Shown in pieces: positions 20,405 to 29,873 of a DNA stretch of 64,000 nucleotides. Below the pieces are notes generated by a model that was not told where the DNA came from, searched no databases, and saw only the letters and a list, made by a program, of their open reading frames with translations. The translations under genes and the position numbers were made by a program. Positions within the stretch are counted from its first letter, which is position 1, and every line of letters starts with the position of its first letter. The DNA is from Treponema pedis (GTDB lineage: Bacteria; Spirochaetota; Spirochaetia; Treponematales; Treponemataceae), in the NCBI RefSeq assembly GCF_017161325.1, contig NZ_CP045670.1:1107367-1171366 (forward strand), written 5' to 3'.

Positions 20405-21277
20405 TTATTTTTCTCCTTTTAGTGCAAAGACGATAATACTTACGATAATTAATGTTCCGCCTATTATTGTGCCGGCATTTAAGGTTTCGCCCAAGGCAAG
20501 ATAGCTTAAAATACTTGCAATAAGCGGATTAACGAAAATGAAATTAGTAACGTCGCTGGTTTTTTCGGCAATTGCAATTCCTTTATTAAATAAAAAGTAT
20601 CCCAATGCGCTGGTAAAAATTCCTAAGTATATAAGACTTCCGATGTATTTTATGTCGGCAGTAAGAATTTGTTTATATCCGCCTGAAGAAAACGGCAATA
20701 AAATAATTGCGGCGCATATCATACTGTAGGTTACGATTTCTATTGAAGTATATCCCATCTTTGCAAGCTTTCTGCTTAAAATATTATATCCGCAAAAACA
20801 AACCGCAGCCGATAAGGTCCATAAAATACCTATGTTTATAGACAAAATGCCTTTCCAAAGTATAATAATTAAAACACCGCAAAAAGCGGTTAAAATTGAA
20901 ACATAGCCTATTTTACTTATTTTTTCTCCGTAAAAAAAAGAAGCTATTGCAGCCGTCATAATAGGGGTTGTGGCTATTATGATACTCGATGTTGCGGCGG
21001 TAATGCTTTTTAAACCTGTGTTAAACACTATAAGATATAACCCGAAACCGAGGGCTCCCGATAAAAAAAATAACGGAATATGTTTAGCCGTAAACGGTCG
21101 CCTCAAATTATTAAATTTACCTATAATTAAAAGAACAATACTTGCAATAGAACACCTGAGAAACCCTAAAACTTCGGCTCCGAAATGCCCTAAAGCAAAT
21201 CTTGAAAAAGGAAAAGATGAAGCAAAAAAAACGATTGCCGCAAAAGCGAACAAGTAAGACTTTAATTTGTTGGACAT
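20405..21277 (-). CDS. EamA/DMT superfamily transporter
   Basis: 290 aa, 10 predicted TMs, duplicated EamA domains. Confidence 0.75.
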   Translation of the reverse strand: MSNKLKSYLFAFAAIVFFASSFPFSRFALGHFGAEVLGFLRCSIASIVLLIIGKFNNLRRPFTAKHIPLFFLSGALGFGLYLIVFNTGLKSITAATSSIIIATTPIMTAAIASFFYGEKISKIGYVSILTAFCGVLIIILWKGILSINIGILWTLSAAVCFCGYNILSRKLAKMGYTSIEIVTYSMICAAIILLPFSSGGYKQILTADIKYIGSLIYLGIFTSALGYFLFNKGIAIAEKTSDVTNFIFVNPLIASILSYLALGETLNAGTIIGGTLIIVSIIVFALKGEK

Positions 21278-21721
21278 AATAACGCTCTTTATTTTAATAT
21301 GGATTTTTAATTGTAATTATGATACAATAAGGAAATAATGAAGTCAAGTATGAATATTATAGTCGTAAATATACCGGCTCCCATATTCATGCCGTTCCTC
21401 CGGTTCTTATCGTAACAGTTCTTCTTTTTATTCCGCAAGAGGTAAAATTTATAAAAAAATTATACTCCGGAAGATTACGAAGAAAATTTAAACATCGGGG
21501 AATTTTAAAACGGTTTTATAAAAACGGAAAATTAAAAAGCGAAACCGAATACGACAATGTCGGAAACATTTTGCAGGAATCCGATTTCGATAAAAACGGT
21601 GCCGTAATTTCCGTAAAGGATTGAGAATTTTTAATAATTTTTACGTTTACGGCTTGCACCGATATCGGAAAAGAGTTTATAATAAAATATATTTAAAATA
21701 AGTTTGGAATAGGGAAGATAT

Positions 21722-22378
21722 ATGGTTATAAAAAAAATGAAGCCTATCAGGGAACAGGTATACGACGGATTAAAAGATATGATTTTTAGCGGAAAAATTT
21801 CTTCAGGAGAAAGAATTGTAGAAGTGGATTTTTCCGAAAAACTCGGTGTAAGCAGGACGCCTTTGAGGGAAGCCTTGCGTATGCTGGAACTTGAAGGGTT
21901 TGTATCCTGTTCCGAAAAAGGCGGCGTTATAGTAAATTATATATCGGTTCAAGATATAGAAGAAATTTATTTGATAAGAGAAGCTTTGGAATGTATAGTC
22001 ATAAAAGAAGTTATAAAAAAATACAGCGAAAATATGGCGGCGGTTGATAATATTTTAACGAAAACCGCAAGTCTTATAGAAAATAAAGCCCCTTATGAAG
22101 AAATTATAGCTATGTTTGAAAAGTTTAATCAAACTCTTTACAACATATCCCGATTGAAACATGTTTCCAAACTTATAAACAATATGAAAGAATATTCAAA
22201 AAGATTCCGTCTTTTGTGTCTGCAAGACGAAACCCGCCTTAAAGAAGCCTTTGACGAGCATTGTAAATTGGTCGAGATTATTAAGAAAAAGGATATCGAC
22301 GAGGCCTTAAAGCTCAATAAAATTCACTTAAAAAAATCTATGAATTTTGTCTTGGAAAAAATGACCGAACTGAAATAA
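21722..22378 (+). CDS. GntR family transcriptional regulator (FadR/FCD subfamily)
   Basis: N-terminal wHTH ...FSEKLGVSRTPLREALRMLELEGFV; C-terminal all-helical FCD-like domain. Confidence 0.8.
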   Translation: MVIKKMKPIREQVYDGLKDMIFSGKISSGERIVEVDFSEKLGVSRTPLREALRMLELEGFVSCSEKGGVIVNYISVQDIEEIYLIREALECIVIKEVIKKYSENMAAVDNILTKTASLIENKAPYEEIIAMFEKFNQTLYNISRLKHVSKLINNMKEYSKRFRLLCLQDETRLKEAFDEHCKLVEIIKKKDIDEALKLNKIHLKKSMNFVLEKMTELK

Positions 22379-22413
22379 ATGTTTTTATTTCTATAAAATA
22401 ATATACCTGTTGT

Positions 22414-22471
22414 TGACAAAAGAAAAAAATTACTGTATTCTGTATACAGTATGCAGTATACAACTAGGAGG
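22414..22471 (+). promoter_or_regulatory. promoter (TTGACA 22414-22419, 16 nt, TATTCT) with a perfect palindrome CTGTATACAG (22440-22449) plus a second GTATACA copy (22456-22462); candidate GntR operator over the transcription start
   Basis: Read directly; palindrome sits between the -10 box and the AGGAGG SD of the transporter gene. Confidence 0.3.
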
Positions 22472-22475
22472 GTAT

Positions 22476-23306
22476 ATGGCGAAAAAGAATTTTAAGGAAT
22501 TGTTCGATATTCGGGAAGGTAAATGGGGCGGTTTAAATTTCCCAATCTTCTTATGCATGTTGGTTCTAACCTGTGTTACGATTTATGTTCCGTTCGGTGA
22601 AAAAGAATCCGGGTTTTTAAGGTCCAACTTTATATCAATATTCGCATTGCTTGCGGTTTTTGGTATTTTGTTCGGAGAAATAGGCGACAGGATTCCGTTT
22701 TGGAACAGTTATGTAGGCGGCGGTACGGTAATGGTTTTCTTTGCCGCTGCGATTTTCGGTACCTACAAACTTGTTCCCGAGCCGGTTATAAAATCCGTAA
22801 ATATTTTTTACGGCAAACAGCCGGTAAACTTTTTGGAAATATTTATTCCGGCGCTTATTGTAGGCTCCGTTTTGACAATCGACAGAAAAATCTTGATAAA
22901 ATCTCTAAGCGGTTATATTCCCCTTATAATAATAGGGGTAATCGGAGCTGCGGTTTCAGGTGTTCTTTCGGGGCTAATCTTCGGAAAAAATCCTATAGAT
23001 GTTATAATGAACTATGTTCTTCCGATAATGGGAGGCGGAACGGGTGCGGGAGCGATTCCCATGTCGGAAATGTGGGCTTCAAAAACGGGTAAGCCGGCAA
23101 GCGAATGGTTTGCATTCGCAATTTCCATACTTACTATTGCAAATATTATTGCAATTTTAACGGGTGCCGTTTTAAATAAGCTCGGAGAAAAAAGAGCCGC
23201 ACTTACGGGTAACGGCAATTTGGTAATGAATTCTTCCAATGAACAAATTAAGACTGAAGAAGCGTCCGTAAAATGTGAAATGATTGATGTTTTGCGGCTT
23301 TTGTAA
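22476..23306 (+). CDS. 2-hydroxycarboxylate transporter family (CitS/CimH-like citrate/malate:cation symporter), N-terminal domain half
   Basis: Start at ATG 22476 (MAKKNF, AGGAGG SD 22465-22470). Contains the first reentrant-loop motif PIMGGGTGAGAIPMS (GGxG) at about residue 185, as in CitS. Ends with TAA overlapping the next ATG (TAATG). Confidence 0.6.
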   Translation: MAKKNFKELFDIREGKWGGLNFPIFLCMLVLTCVTIYVPFGEKESGFLRSNFISIFALLAVFGILFGEIGDRIPFWNSYVGGGTVMVFFAAAIFGTYKLVPEPVIKSVNIFYGKQPVNFLEIFIPALIVGSVLTIDRKILIKSLSGYIPLIIIGVIGAAVSGVLSGLIFGKNPIDVIMNYVLPIMGGGTGAGAIPMSEMWASKTGKPASEWFAFAISILTIANIIAILTGAVLNKLGEKRAALTGNGNLVMNSSNEQIKTEEASVKCEMIDVLRLL

Positions 23307-23824
23307 TGACCGGTATATTGTTTATTGCAGCTCATATTTTAGGAGAGGTTTGGGAAAGTTTCGGATTTTCGTTCGAAATACATAGACTTGCCTTTTTAAT
23401 TATTTTAACTATGATTTTAAATATAGCGGGAGTAATTCCGCAAAAATTGAAGACGGGCGCAAAAATAATGCAAAACTTTTTTTCCAAATATACTATTTGG
23501 ATATTGATGACGTCCGTAGGTTTTTCGACCGATGTAAAAGAAATTTTAGCGGCTCTTTCTTTTTCAAATCTGGTAATAGCTCTTTCCATTGTTTTCGGAG
23601 CGGTAATTTTTATAATGTTTGTTGCTAAAAAAATGAAATTTTATCCTATCGAAGCCGGTATTACGGCAGGGCTTTGTATGGCTAACAGAGGCGGCGCGGG
23701 AGATGTTGCCGTTTTAGGCGCCGCTAACAGAATGGAGCTTATGTCTTTTGCACAAATTTCCTCGCGTATAGGCGGAGCTATGATGCTTATTTTGGGTTCC
23801 ATAATATTCGGAATTTTTGCATAA
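23306..23824 (+). CDS. 2-hydroxycarboxylate transporter family, C-terminal domain half (second GGxG motif: NRGGAGDVAV)
   Basis: 172 aa, multi-TM. With the upstream ORF totals ~449 aa, the length of an intact 2HCT protein, split exactly at the interdomain loop. Confidence 0.6.
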   Translation: MTGILFIAAHILGEVWESFGFSFEIHRLAFLIILTMILNIAGVIPQKLKTGAKIMQNFFSKYTIWILMTSVGFSTDVKEILAALSFSNLVIALSIVFGAVIFIMFVAKKMKFYPIEAGITAGLCMANRGGAGDVAVLGAANRMELMSFAQISSRIGGAMMLILGSIIFGIFA

Positions 23825-23853
23825 TCGTAAATTTAAACGGCAGGTAAAATTTA

Positions 23854-25227
23854 GTGAAAACTGTTAAAATTATGGAAACCTGTTTACGGGACGGTCATCA
23901 ATCGCTGATGGCCACCCGTTTAAAAACGGAAGAAATGCTGCCCATAGTTGAAACTATGGATATGGCGGGGTATTATTCTATGGAAATGTGGGGCGGTGCA
24001 ACCTTTGATGCCGCAATCCGCTTTTTAGAAGAAGACCCTTGGGACAGGCTTAGAGAAATTCGAAAACGTACGAAACATACAAAACTGCAAATGCTTTTAC
24101 GCGGGCAAAATCTTTTAGGGTACAGGCATTATGCCGATGATGTCGTAGATAAATTTATCGAAAAAGCCGTTTACAACGGAATTGATGTAATACGCATCTT
24201 TGATGCATTAAACGATATAAGGAATTTAAAACAAGCTTGCCTTTCCGTAAAAAAATATAAAGGGCATGCTCAGCTTACTATATGTTATACTATAAGTCCC
24301 TTTCATACAATTGAGTACTATAAAAAGCTTGCAATGGAAATGCAAAAACTCGGAGCGGATTCTATAGCGGTAAAAGATATGTCGGGAATCTTACTTCCCG
24401 ATGTTTCTTTTAAACTGATAAAAGAATTAAAAAGCGTTTTAACGGTTCCGCTTGAACTTCATACGCATGCTACGGCGGGTCTTGCAAGTATGTCTTATTT
24501 AAAAGCGGTTGAAGCCGGTGTTGATATAATCGATACGGCAATATCTCCGTTGGCGGGAGGAAGCTCTCAGCCTGCAACCGAAAGTATCGGACGGGCATTA
24601 CAGGAATTGGGATACGGCACAGGGTTGGACATGGATATATTAAAAAAAATAGCCGAATACTTTAAACCTATAAGAAATAAATATATGGAACAGGGTATTA
24701 TGAATCCGCAAGCCCTTATGACGGAGCCTTCTATCATAGAATATCAGCTCCCGGGCGGTATGCTTTCCAATATGCTTTTACAGTTAAAATCCCAAAAAGC
24801 TGAACATAGATATGAAGAGGTTTTAAGGGAAATACCCGAAGTAAGAAAGGATATGGGTTATCCTCCTTTGGTAACTCCCTTAAGCCAGATGGTAGGGACA
24901 CAAGCCGTTTTTAATGTGCTTTCAGGCGAGCGTTATAAAACGATAGCGAAAGAAATTAAGGACTATGTAAAAGGCTTGTACGGCAAACCTCCGGCAATTA
25001 TTTCGGCGGAGATAAAAGAAAAAATTATAGGGAGTGAAGAGGTTTTTACCGGAAGACCTGCCGATTTGATTAATAATGAGTACGATAAGTTAAAGGAAGA
25101 ATCAAAAGCTTTTGCAAAAACGGAAGAAGATGTTTTAACATATTCTATGTTTCCTAAAATAGCGCAAGGCTATCTTGAAAAAAAATATGCTCCTAAAATA
25201 AAAGAGCGGCATATTTATATTGTTTAA
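23854..25227 (+). CDS. oadA: oxaloacetate decarboxylase alpha subunit, carboxyltransferase domain only (PycB-like; no biotinyl domain)
   Basis: GTG start; METCLRDGHQSLMATRL (TIM-barrel HMGL-like carboxyltransferase); 457 aa, lacking the usual C-terminal biotin domain. Confidence 0.8.
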   Translation: MKTVKIMETCLRDGHQSLMATRLKTEEMLPIVETMDMAGYYSMEMWGGATFDAAIRFLEEDPWDRLREIRKRTKHTKLQMLLRGQNLLGYRHYADDVVDKFIEKAVYNGIDVIRIFDALNDIRNLKQACLSVKKYKGHAQLTICYTISPFHTIEYYKKLAMEMQKLGADSIAVKDMSGILLPDVSFKLIKELKSVLTVPLELHTHATAGLASMSYLKAVEAGVDIIDTAISPLAGGSSQPATESIGRALQELGYGTGLDMDILKKIAEYFKPIRNKYMEQGIMNPQALMTEPSIIEYQLPGGMLSNMLLQLKSQKAEHRYEEVLREIPEVRKDMGYPPLVTPLSQMVGTQAVFNVLSGERYKTIAKEIKDYVKGLYGKPPAIISAEIKEKIIGSEEVFTGRPADLINNEYDKLKEESKAFAKTEEDVLTYSMFPKIAQGYLEKKYAPKIKERHIYIV

Positions 25228-25241
25228 TTTAAGGAGAAATA

Positions 25242-25565
25242 GTGAAAGGTTTTTTAACGGAAAACGGATATATAGGTATTACCGAAGCCGTTTATATAAC
25301 ATCGGTAAGTATGGCCGTCGTCTTTGTTGTTCTTATTTTAATTTCGTTGATTGTTTCTTTTATGAAATACATTCCGAAGGAAAAAACCGTTTCGGATAAA
25401 AAATTAAAAAAAGAAACGGATACGAACACCGGAAAACACCGCATAAATTACGGTGATGAAAAAATAAGAGTTGCGGCCGCAGTTGCGGCAATGGAAGCCG
25501 CAGGGGAAAAAGACGGTGCCGTTATACATATACGTTCAGTAAAAGAATTGGGAGAAATAAAATGA
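25242..25565 (+). CDS. oadG: sodium-pump decarboxylase gamma subunit (OadG-like)
   Basis: 107 aa, single N-terminal TM (VYITSVSMAVVFVVLILISLIV), Ala-rich tail; AAGGAG SD, GTG start. Confidence 0.55.
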   Translation: MKGFLTENGYIGITEAVYITSVSMAVVFVVLILISLIVSFMKYIPKEKTVSDKKLKKETDTNTGKHRINYGDEKIRVAAAVAAMEAAGEKDGAVIHIRSVKELGEIK

Positions 25566-25921
25566 TAAAGGTTTATAAAATAAAAATCGATAACAAGGTA
25601 TATGAGGTGGAACTTGAATCCGTTACCGAAAAAGACGGTGTAATATCAGTATGCAATGATACGCCTCTTGAAAAAAAAGATAATTTTGAAAAAACGGAAA
25701 GCGCAGGCGGTATTGCGGTTGAAGCTCCTATGCAGGGCTTGGTTTTGGATATTTTTGTTTCCGTAGGAGATACGGTTTCGGAAGGAGAGGAGCTGATAGT
25801 TTTGGAAGCAATGAAAATGCAAACCCCCATTGTAGCTCCTCTTGCAGGAAGAATTAAAACAATATCCGTTTTAAAAGGCGAAAATGTAGAAACGGGCAAA
25901 GTCTTGCTTACCCTTGAATAG
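25562..25921 (+). CDS. biotin carboxyl carrier protein (biotinyl domain, EAMKM biotinylation site)
   Basis: 119 aa; VLEAMKMQTPIVAP motif; ATGA overlap with oadG. Confidence 0.8.
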   Translation: MIKVYKIKIDNKVYEVELESVTEKDGVISVCNDTPLEKKDNFEKTESAGGIAVEAPMQGLVLDIFVSVGDTVSEGEELIVLEAMKMQTPIVAPLAGRIKTISVLKGENVETGKVLLTLE

Positions 25922-27050
25922 GAATATCATTATGGAATTGATAAATACATTATATACGACAACAGGGCTTTATATGCTTACTCTTAATAAGGCGATTATG
26001 ATTATAATAGCCCTTGTCCTTATATATTTAGCAATAAAAAAAGGATACGAACCTTATCTTCTTTTGCCCATTTCTTTCGGAATGCTTTTGGTAAATTTGC
26101 CGGGCGTTCCGAATGCGGGTTTAATGGAAGAAGGAGGCCTTTTGTATTGGCTTTATAAGGGCGTAAAATTGGGTATATATCCCCCTATGATATTTTTGGC
26201 AATAGGGGCAAGCACGGACTTCGGGCCTCTTATTGCAAATCCTAAAAGTCTATTGCTGGGAGCCGCCGCCCAATTCGGAATCTTTGCAGCCTTTATAGGT
26301 TCGGTTATGCTGGGGTTTTCGGGTAACGCCTCGGCTTCCGTCGGAATTATAGGAGGAGCGGACGGACCTACCTCAATTTATCTTACTTCAAAACTTGCCC
26401 CGGAGCTTTTAGGCCCCATTGCCGTTGCAGCTTATTCTTATATGGCGTTAGTTCCTGTAATACAGCCTCCTATTATTAAACTTTTAACTACAAAGAAAGA
26501 GCGAAAAATAAAAATGGTACAGCTTAGAGAAGTAAGCAAAAGAGAAAAAATTTTATTTCCGATAATTGTTACGATAATTGTTATTCTGCTTATTCCGTCT
26601 TCATCACCGCTTATAGGAATGCTTATGCTCGGAAACCTTATAAAAGAATCGGGAGCAGTTCCCAACCTTGTGGAACATGCACGGGGAGCGATGCTGTATA
26701 TTATAACAATATGTCTGGGAACAACTGTAGGCGCTACGGCAAATGCGGAAACGTTTTTGACATTTGCTACAATTAAGATTCTTCTTTTAGGGCTTTTTGC
26801 TTTTGCCTTCGGCACTATAGGAGGGGTTGTTTTCGGAAAATGTATGTGCAAACTTTCAGGCGGAAAGATAAATCCTATGATAGGGGCTGCCGGAGTAAGT
26901 GCGGTTCCGATGTCGGCAAGAGTTGTACAAAAACTCGGACAAGAAGAAAATCCTTCCAATTTTTTGCTTATGCATGCAATGGGTCCTAATGTAGCGGGAG
27001 TAATAGGGTCTGCCGTTGCGGCGGGAACCTTATTGGCAATATTCAAATAG
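25914..27050 (+). CDS. oadB: oxaloacetate decarboxylase beta subunit (Na+-translocating membrane subunit)
   Basis: 378 aa polytopic membrane protein of the OadB/GcdB/MmdB pattern; alternative start ATG 25932 possible. Confidence 0.8.
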   Translation: MNRNIIMELINTLYTTTGLYMLTLNKAIMIIIALVLIYLAIKKGYEPYLLLPISFGMLLVNLPGVPNAGLMEEGGLLYWLYKGVKLGIYPPMIFLAIGASTDFGPLIANPKSLLLGAAAQFGIFAAFIGSVMLGFSGNASASVGIIGGADGPTSIYLTSKLAPELLGPIAVAAYSYMALVPVIQPPIIKLLTTKKERKIKMVQLREVSKREKILFPIIVTIIVILLIPSSSPLIGMLMLGNLIKESGAVPNLVEHARGAMLYIITICLGTTVGATANAETFLTFATIKILLLGLFAFAFGTIGGVVFGKCMCKLSGGKINPMIGAAGVSAVPMSARVVQKLGQEENPSNFLLMHAMGPNVAGVIGSAVAAGTLLAIFK

Positions 27051-27062
27051 AGGAGTAAATGT

Positions 27063-27347
27063 ATGGAATTAAAATTGACAGCCTGTGCGGGAAGTACGGA
27101 AAAAAGCGATATTTTAATATCCGTGGAACCTTGTGAGCGGGGGATAGAATTATCTTTAACGAGCAAGGTTATGGGACAGTTCGGTGAAAATATCCGAAAA
27201 ACCGTTTTGGAAACACTGGAAAAAATGTCGGTAAAAAATGCTAAAGTAGTTGCAGACGATAACGGAGCCATAGAAGCCGTAATAGAAAGCCGAGTGCAGA
27301 CCGCCGTTTTACGAAGCTGTGAAAGCACTAATTATCCGTGGAAATAA
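27063..27347 (+). CDS. citD: citrate lyase acyl carrier protein (gamma subunit)
   Basis: 94 aa; AGSTEKSDILISVEP contains the prosthetic-group serine context typical of CitD. Confidence 0.8.
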   Translation: MELKLTACAGSTEKSDILISVEPCERGIELSLTSKVMGQFGENIRKTVLETLEKMSVKNAKVVADDNGAIEAVIESRVQTAVLRSCESTNYPWK

Positions 27348-27361
27348 GAGGTAGATAAAAA

Positions 27362-28264
27362 ATGAAACTGAGAAGATCAATGCTGTTCGTTCCCGCAACC
27401 AAACCGGGGCCTATGCGGGACGCTTATGTGTATAAACCGGATTCGGTGATGTTTGATTTGGAAGATTCGGTAGCAATTACCGAAAAAGATTCCGCAAGAA
27501 TTCTATTTTACAATATGATGAAAAAATTCGGCTCTTTTTACAAAGAACTCGGAATAGAAACCGTAGTTAGAATAAACGCCTTGGATACGGAATTCGGCAT
27601 AGAAGATTTGGAGGCTGCCGTAAGAGCCGGAGTAGAGGTAATAAGAATACCCAAAACCGACTGTGCTGAAGATGTAAAAACGGTAGAAGCGCATATCGAA
27701 AGAATTGAAAAGGCTGCGGGTATTCCCGTAGGTACTACCAAGATAATGGCTGCAATAGAAAGCCCGCTTGGAGCGTTAAACGCCTTGGAAATTGCAAGGT
27801 CTTCTTCCCGACTGATAGGTATGGCCTTGGGCGGCGAAGACTACGTTACAAATTTAAAAACAACTCGTTCGGAAAGCGGTATAGAAATAATGACGGGCAG
27901 AGCAATGATAGTAATGGCTGCCAGAGCTGCCGGTATTGCGGCATTGGACTCGGTGTATTCCGATATTGAAAACGAAGAAGGTTTTATAAAAGAAGCCTCT
28001 ATGATTAAACAAATGGGCTTTGACGGTAAATCGCTTATACACCCTGCACAAATAGAGCTCATTCATCAAATATATACCCCTGATGAAGCCTTAGTAAAAA
28101 AATCGCTTAAAATTATAAGAGCTAAAGAAGAAGCGTTAAAAGAAGGTAAGGGCGTTTTTACCGTTGACGGAAAAATGATAGACAAGCCCATTATTGAAAG
28201 AGCCGAGCATATCTTAAATTTAGCGGCAGCCTCCGGGCTCAAACCGGAAGAGGAGGACATTTAA
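27362..28264 (+). CDS. citE: citrate lyase beta subunit (citryl-ACP lyase, HpcH/HpaI aldolase family)
   Basis: 300 aa; LFVPATKPGPMRDAYVYKPDSVMFDLEDSVA N-terminus typical of CitE. Confidence 0.85.
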   Translation: MKLRRSMLFVPATKPGPMRDAYVYKPDSVMFDLEDSVAITEKDSARILFYNMMKKFGSFYKELGIETVVRINALDTEFGIEDLEAAVRAGVEVIRIPKTDCAEDVKTVEAHIERIEKAAGIPVGTTKIMAAIESPLGALNALEIARSSSRLIGMALGGEDYVTNLKTTRSESGIEIMTGRAMIVMAARAAGIAALDSVYSDIENEEGFIKEASMIKQMGFDGKSLIHPAQIELIHQIYTPDEALVKKSLKIIRAKEEALKEGKGVFTVDGKMIDKPIIERAEHILNLAAASGLKPEEEDI

Positions 28265-28265
28265 A

Positions 28266-29810
28266 GTGAAAGAAAAAAGAGTAGATAAAAAATTGCTTTC
28301 TTCAATAAAAGGATATGAAAACAGACAGGCCTATGTTTCGCCGTTCGCTTTTCAACCTGAAGGAACAATGGAGGAAGGAAAGACTTTAAAAGACCGTGTA
28401 AGAAGATGTAAGGTGGTTGAAACAATTGAAGAAGCCGTTAAAAAAACCGGTTTAAAAAACGGAATGACGATTTCATTTCACCATCACTTTAGAGACGGCG
28501 ATAAGGTTCTTCCCATGGTAATGAATGTTCTTGCAAAAATGGGTTTTAAAGATTTGAGAGTTGCCGCCAGTTCTTTTACCGCAGCCCACGAATGTATGGT
28601 AGAACACATCGAAAACGGAGTCGTAAACAGAATAGAGTCAAGCGGTGTCCGCGGAAAACTTGCAGAAGCAGTATCAAACGGAATATTGGCTTCCCCTGCC
28701 GTTATCCGCTCTCACGGGGGGCGTGCAAGAGCCATTGTAGAAGGCGATTTAAAAATAGACGTTGCTTTTTTAGGCGTTCCGTCTTCGGATTGTATGGGCA
28801 ATGCAAACGGAGTTGTAGGTAAATCCGTTTGCGGTTCTTTAGGTTATGCAATGGTGGATGCCCGTTATGCGGAAAAGGTTATTCTTATTACGGATTGCCT
28901 TGTCGATTATCCCAATAATCCTATAAGCATACCGCAGACGGATGTGGATTTTGTAGTTAAGGTAGATGAAATAGGAGATTCCGAAGGTATTATGTCGGGA
29001 GCGACACGGTTTACAAAAAATCCGAAAGAAATATTGATAGCTAAAAATGCCGTAAAAGCTATGACGGCTTCAGGATACTTTACCGACGGATTTTCCATGC
29101 AAACCGGTTCGGGCGGAGCGGCTTTAGCGGTAACACGTTTCATAAAAGAAGAAATGTTAAAAAGAAACATTAAATGCAGCTACGCCTTAGGCGGAATAAC
29201 CGCCGCTTTTGCCGAATTATTGGAAGAAGGATTGGTTAAAGAAATTTTCGACGTTCAGGATTTCGATTTGGGCGGAGTGGAATCCCTTACAAAAAATCCC
29301 GGCCATAAAGAAATAAGTGCCGATTTTTATGCAAGCCCCTTTAATAAATCGGCGGCTGTAAATAAATTGGATTTTGTCGTTTTAAGCGCATTGGAAATAG
29401 ACAGGGATTTTAACGTAAATGTAATTTCAGGTTCCAACGGGGTAATTAGAGCCGCTTCGGGAGGACACTCCGATGCCGCAGCCTGTGCAAAAATGTCTAT
29501 AATAGTCGCCCCTCTTTTAAGAGGCAGGCTTCCTATAGTTATCGACCGGGTAACTACAATTGTTACTCCGGGAGAAACCGTAGATGTTCTTGTAACGGAA
29601 TTGGGAATAACCGTAAACCCTTTGCGTGAAGACTTAAAGACTAATTTTAAAAAAGCCGGTATAGAACTTATCGAAATGGACGAGCTTATCGAAAGAGCGA
29701 AATTTCTTACGGGAGAATCCGAAGCGATAGAATTCTCCGATGAGGTTGTTGCCGTAGTGGAGTACCGAGACGGTTCCGTTATCGATGTAATTAAAAAAGT
29801 AAAACAATAA
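28266..29810 (+). CDS. citF: citrate lyase alpha subunit (citrate CoA-transferase)
   Basis: 514 aa, GTG start abutting the citE stop; CitF-like throughout. Confidence 0.8.
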   Translation: MKEKRVDKKLLSSIKGYENRQAYVSPFAFQPEGTMEEGKTLKDRVRRCKVVETIEEAVKKTGLKNGMTISFHHHFRDGDKVLPMVMNVLAKMGFKDLRVAASSFTAAHECMVEHIENGVVNRIESSGVRGKLAEAVSNGILASPAVIRSHGGRARAIVEGDLKIDVAFLGVPSSDCMGNANGVVGKSVCGSLGYAMVDARYAEKVILITDCLVDYPNNPISIPQTDVDFVVKVDEIGDSEGIMSGATRFTKNPKEILIAKNAVKAMTASGYFTDGFSMQTGSGGAALAVTRFIKEEMLKRNIKCSYALGGITAAFAELLEEGLVKEIFDVQDFDLGGVESLTKNPGHKEISADFYASPFNKSAAVNKLDFVVLSALEIDRDFNVNVISGSNGVIRAASGGHSDAAACAKMSIIVAPLLRGRLPIVIDRVTTIVTPGETVDVLVTELGITVNPLREDLKTNFKKAGIELIEMDELIERAKFLTGESEAIEFSDEVVAVVEYRDGSVIDVIKKVKQ

Positions 29811-29873
29811 AATTTTATATCCGCACTGCAATTCGTTTAGAGGATTTCAGTGCGGATTAAATTGCCGTAGGTT

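Noticed and set aside
23280-23310. Simple frameshift explanation for the split 2HCT transporter
   Set aside because: Both alternative frames carry stops (tga at 23276 and 23285) immediately upstream of the second ATG and the halves sum to full length, so no indel can fuse them; treated as a true two-gene split or a nonsense lesion.
26438-27328. 296-aa minus-strand ORF (also 2627-2962, 13650-14039, 18021-18356, 18618-19025, 22700-23092, 23012-23335 and similar)
   Set aside because: All lie antisense or out of frame inside strongly supported genes (oadB, FGGY kinase, traB-like, MCP, 2HCT), lack SD signals and have low-complexity composition; shadow ORFs.
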